Part shown: positions 38,065 through 41,534 of the stretch, piece after piece | How positions within the stretch are numbered: position 1 is the stretch's first letter | How the letters are laid out: every line of letters starts with the position of its first letter | Assembly: GCF_001194135.2 (NCBI RefSeq) | Contig: NC_068988.1 | Location: forward strand, 13,904,212-13,945,745 | Origin: Octopus bimaculoides | Taxonomy: Eukaryota | Direction of reading: 5' to 3' | Length of the DNA stretch: 41,534 nt | The notes under the pieces: model-generated | Told to the model about the DNA's origin: nothing | What the model saw: only the letters and a program-made list of their open reading frames with translations | Databases searched by the model: none | Program-made: the position numbers and the translations under genes

Positions 38065-38280
38065 TTTCAACTCTAGGCACGAAGCTCGAAATTTTGGAGG
38101 AGGGGGACCAGTCGATTAGATCGACCTCAGTACGCAACTGGTACTTAATTTATCGATCCTGAAAAAATGAAAGGCAGAGTCGACCACGGCGGAATTTGAA
38201 CTCAGAACATAAAGACAGACGAAATACCGCTAAGCATATCGCCCGACGTGCTAACGTTTCTACCAGCTCGCCGCCTTAGC
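38065..38280 (-). mobile_element. Family A SINE
   Basis: Nearly collinear with 36770-36975. Confidence 0.88.
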
Positions 38281-38439
38281 ATATGTCTATATTAACTAAT
38301 TGGAATAATGAAACCTGACCAACGAGACAGCCACGCTGCTCCAAGGCGGTTCTTATTATTTACTATCATATAAATCTATCCATCTATCCACTACATTATA
38401 TTTGCAATCGATCATCTTCTACTCACACATTAAACTTGT

Positions 38440-38640
38440 TTACTGTTTTTGAGACATCGGACTACAGTCATACTGGAGCATTGCATTGACGGAACTAAAC
38501 AATCAAATTGGCCATCTGGTATTTATTCTATCGGCCTCTTATTGCCGAGCCGCCATGCTACAGTGATATAAAAAAGGAAAAGTGATGATAGAGAAACATA
38601 AATGCAACGACACACGCACACACACGCGCGCGCGCGACAC
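38440..38640 (-). mobile_element. Very decayed family B SINE 3' part; a separate family B head lies at ~39255-39340
   Basis: GGACTACAGTCATACTGGAGCA..TATTCTATCGGCCTCTT.TTGCCGA; head GTGGGACTGAACCCG..CTCTTAACCACTCAGCCAC. Confidence 0.55.
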
Positions 38641-40056
38641 ACTTTCTTTCTTTCTCTCACACACACTCACGCACAGACATGTACACTCATATGCCACTGA
38701 TCGATCATGGTATATAGTAGACTAGCTTAAAGACCTCATTCCGTGCGGACTTTTAAGCTAGCTCATACGGAGGGATAATTAGACCTGCGGGCCAGAATAA
38801 AAGAGAGTTCAATAGCATAGCTATAATACGTTTACAATGACTACATGCCGCGGTGATGTTTGATCAGAGGTTAAGAATTAATTCTGTAATGCAATCATTC
38901 TATTGTTCCAGTCTCAAGTTGAATTCCAACTGTTGGCCAATTTGTCCCAAAGTTCTTATTCCGACGTAAGATTAACGAAGTGAATGTCTTTCCATCTCCC
39001 CTTTGATCTCTGACCTCATCTTACAAACTCCAACCAAGATGACATGAATCAGCTAAGCTTTACCTGCTAGTAATAGCAACCAAAATGCTTTTAAAGCAGA
39101 TCCCAATGCTTGATGTTCAAGAACTAAATGAAGGGCAGATTTTCGATCCCGGGATCATTCTGATTCCAAGTATAATATGTCTATGTAGAACAAATGTAGA
39201 CTGAGACACAGGGGTCCCAGACGGACAGACAGAATTTGTCTTTTATTATTATAGGAGACACTCGCTCAAAATGTCACGAAGTGGGACTGAACCCGAAAAC
39301 TCGTAGTTGCGTACCGAACCTCTTAACCACTCAGCCACATCAATGACTAGCTCTGTCTGTACACACCCATGAGCTTCTTGACCACACAGCTATGCTTGCC
39401 TCTATAAATCAGTAATAATGATTTCATTTATTTGCCACCAGGGCGAAGGATGAGTGGGACAAAAAAGAAAAAAGACATTAAGTATGGCGAGGTTTACATA
39501 TAATGAAATGATGAAATAATTAAACAATACACACACAGAAAAAAAAAAAAATCATAGCTTTACTGCAGACGGGTGCCGTGACAAAAATACGAAAAAGTAA
39601 CACCCACCAAACAAACAAAAACATACGTATTGATCATATGTTTTAAGCATTAATTGATCCAGCTGCTAGCTGTGGCTGACCATGAAGCTTTTAAGTAGTT
39701 ATTAATAGGAGACGAGAAAAAACAAAAAGAAAAACATATAGACGAATAAAAAATAAAACAACCCTGATCTCAAAATACACTTAACCGTTTGTGATTATGT
39801 TACGATGGGATTTATACAGATTGTTTATTTAATTCCATCAATACAGCCAATGGTCATAGGGTAAATATCAGCGTGGTCAATCGCTCTGTTAAAAGTAGCA
39901 GCTGAGCCAGCCTCAGTTTATGTTGTTCCGTTTTAATCAATGGAAATACACGTTCAATACGAAATGGTAACGTTTATTGCTGACGTACTAAACGTCACTG
40001 ATGCTGAAAGCAAATGGTGTTTCGAACGGCAATGATGATATAGTGTTGTTATCCAC

Positions 40057-40111
<55 letters not shown>

Positions 40112-40200
40112 TATAGATATATATACATACATACATTCATACACACACACGTATATATATATATGTATATNNNNNNNNNNNNNNNNNNNNNNNNNNNNNN

Positions 40201-40243
<43 letters not shown>

Positions 40244-40300
40244 AATAGAAATATTAATATTTCTAAGTCTCTCTAAAGGAGACTACAGTAGCGGTACTGG

Positions 40301-40474
40301 ATATTAATAGGTATCGCCAAGCCAACATAGCAGTCCAAAAGATAGGACGAATGCTGCCATTGATTAGATCCAAGAGGCCATCGCTCCAAGAGAGCTAGAG
40401 GCGATGGCCTCTTGGAGCTAATCAACAGCAGCATTCGTGAACTGCCATGTTGGCTTGGCGATAACTATTAATAT
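40301..40474. mobile_element. Near-fully palindromic MITE/hairpin element
   Basis: Arms ATATTAATAG.TATCGCCAAGCCAACAT.GCAGT..ACGAATGCTGC..TTGATTAG.TCCAAGAGGCCATCGC around a ~11-15-nt loop; the left arm has ~10 extra nt. Confidence 0.8.
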
Positions 40475-40589
40475 ATATACACATATGTATGTATATACAC
40501 ACATACATATATACTTACATACATACGCACACACACATATATGTGGTAACAACACACACACACACACACATATATACGAAAAATATTAG

Positions 40590-40800
40590 TTTCAAATTAT
40601 AGCATAAAGTCAGCAATTTCGAGGGAGGGCGTAAGTTGATCACGACGTCTTCAGTGATCTACTGGCACTTATTTTATCGACCCCAAATGGATGAAAGGCG
40701 AAATCGATTCCAGCAGAATTTTAATTCAGAACGTAAAGACATAAGAAATTCTGCTAAAAATTTCGTCCCGCATGCTCACAATCCTGCCAGCTCCTTTCCT
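40590..40800 (-). mobile_element. Decayed family A SINE
   Basis: TTATTTTATCGACCCC..GGATGAAAGGC..TTCAGAACGTAAAG..CCTGCCAGCTC. Confidence 0.75.
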
Positions 40801-41534
40801 TTATATCCTCAAAATATTAAAACACTAGAATATTAAAACTCCGCTGCATAGGTCCATGGCGCTATGCAGCGAGTTCAAACCCGAAATAGAGTGGCCGCAG
40901 AAGCTAGCTTTCTTCTTAATACTATAGACATAATAAATGCCTTATGTGCAGTCCATCCACTGCATAAAGTGATTTATACACACACAGGAAGGTACTTCTT
41001 TCAGAGACACACAGACATAGCAGTGAGTGAACCGAAGACAACGAACGATTCAAAGTATCTAAGTTGCATTGTCTTCTTAATAATAATAACCACCGTGATC
41101 CTGACTTGGATAAAACGACTACGTGAAAATGAAATGGAGCGGAAAGTTGCCACTAGCTATTTCTATAGAATGGAATTAACACTAACGATGACGACGCATA
41201 GGTGTATAGAAGCCAAGCATTTTACAGAGCTTGCCAAAAACTCATTTACTTCACTTAGCGCTAAAATCTTGAAATAATAAAATCGATAGTTTGTGTGTGT
41301 TGGTTGCAAGACATGTGGTTCAGTTGTGTGTGTAATATGTAGTAGTGATAGTGTTGTTGATGTAGTCGCTGGTATTGTTGTATCAGTTATCGAACTGTGA
41401 TGCTCTCTAATTGATTAATTGGTCCCTTTATCAACATCAACATTTTCCTCCTTCGATCCGCAGCAGCTATGTCAGCAGGAATATCTATTGAATTTGTATT
41501 CAATTATGCTTTATATATATATATATATATATAT

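Overview
AT-rich, microsatellite-saturated eukaryotic DNA with nine N gaps. The repeat families look like those of an octopus (cephalopod) genome; this is an inference from recognised SINE/LINE motifs, not a database result. I cannot support any intact protein-coding gene, tRNA/rRNA gene or CRISPR array. Nearly all ORFs in the track are translations of microsatellites, N gaps or transposon debris. The window holds two mariner remnants (one a 5'-5' foldback), an internally deleted Tc1-like element, and three decayed LINE remnants (3' ends of R4/Dong-like and CRE-like elements, and a CR1/L2-group RT region). It also holds about 20 tRNA-derived SINE copies of at least three families and several hairpin MITEs. 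The most interesting object is 11746-12847: a 563-bp tandem unit carrying a minimal type I hammerhead ribozyme (12029-12090, minus strand). It folds back at a small natural hairpin into a ~375-bp-arm palindrome, an architecture typical of Penelope-like pseudo-LTRs or non-autonomous retrozymes. Boundaries of decayed SINE/LINE copies are approximate (about +/-20 bp).
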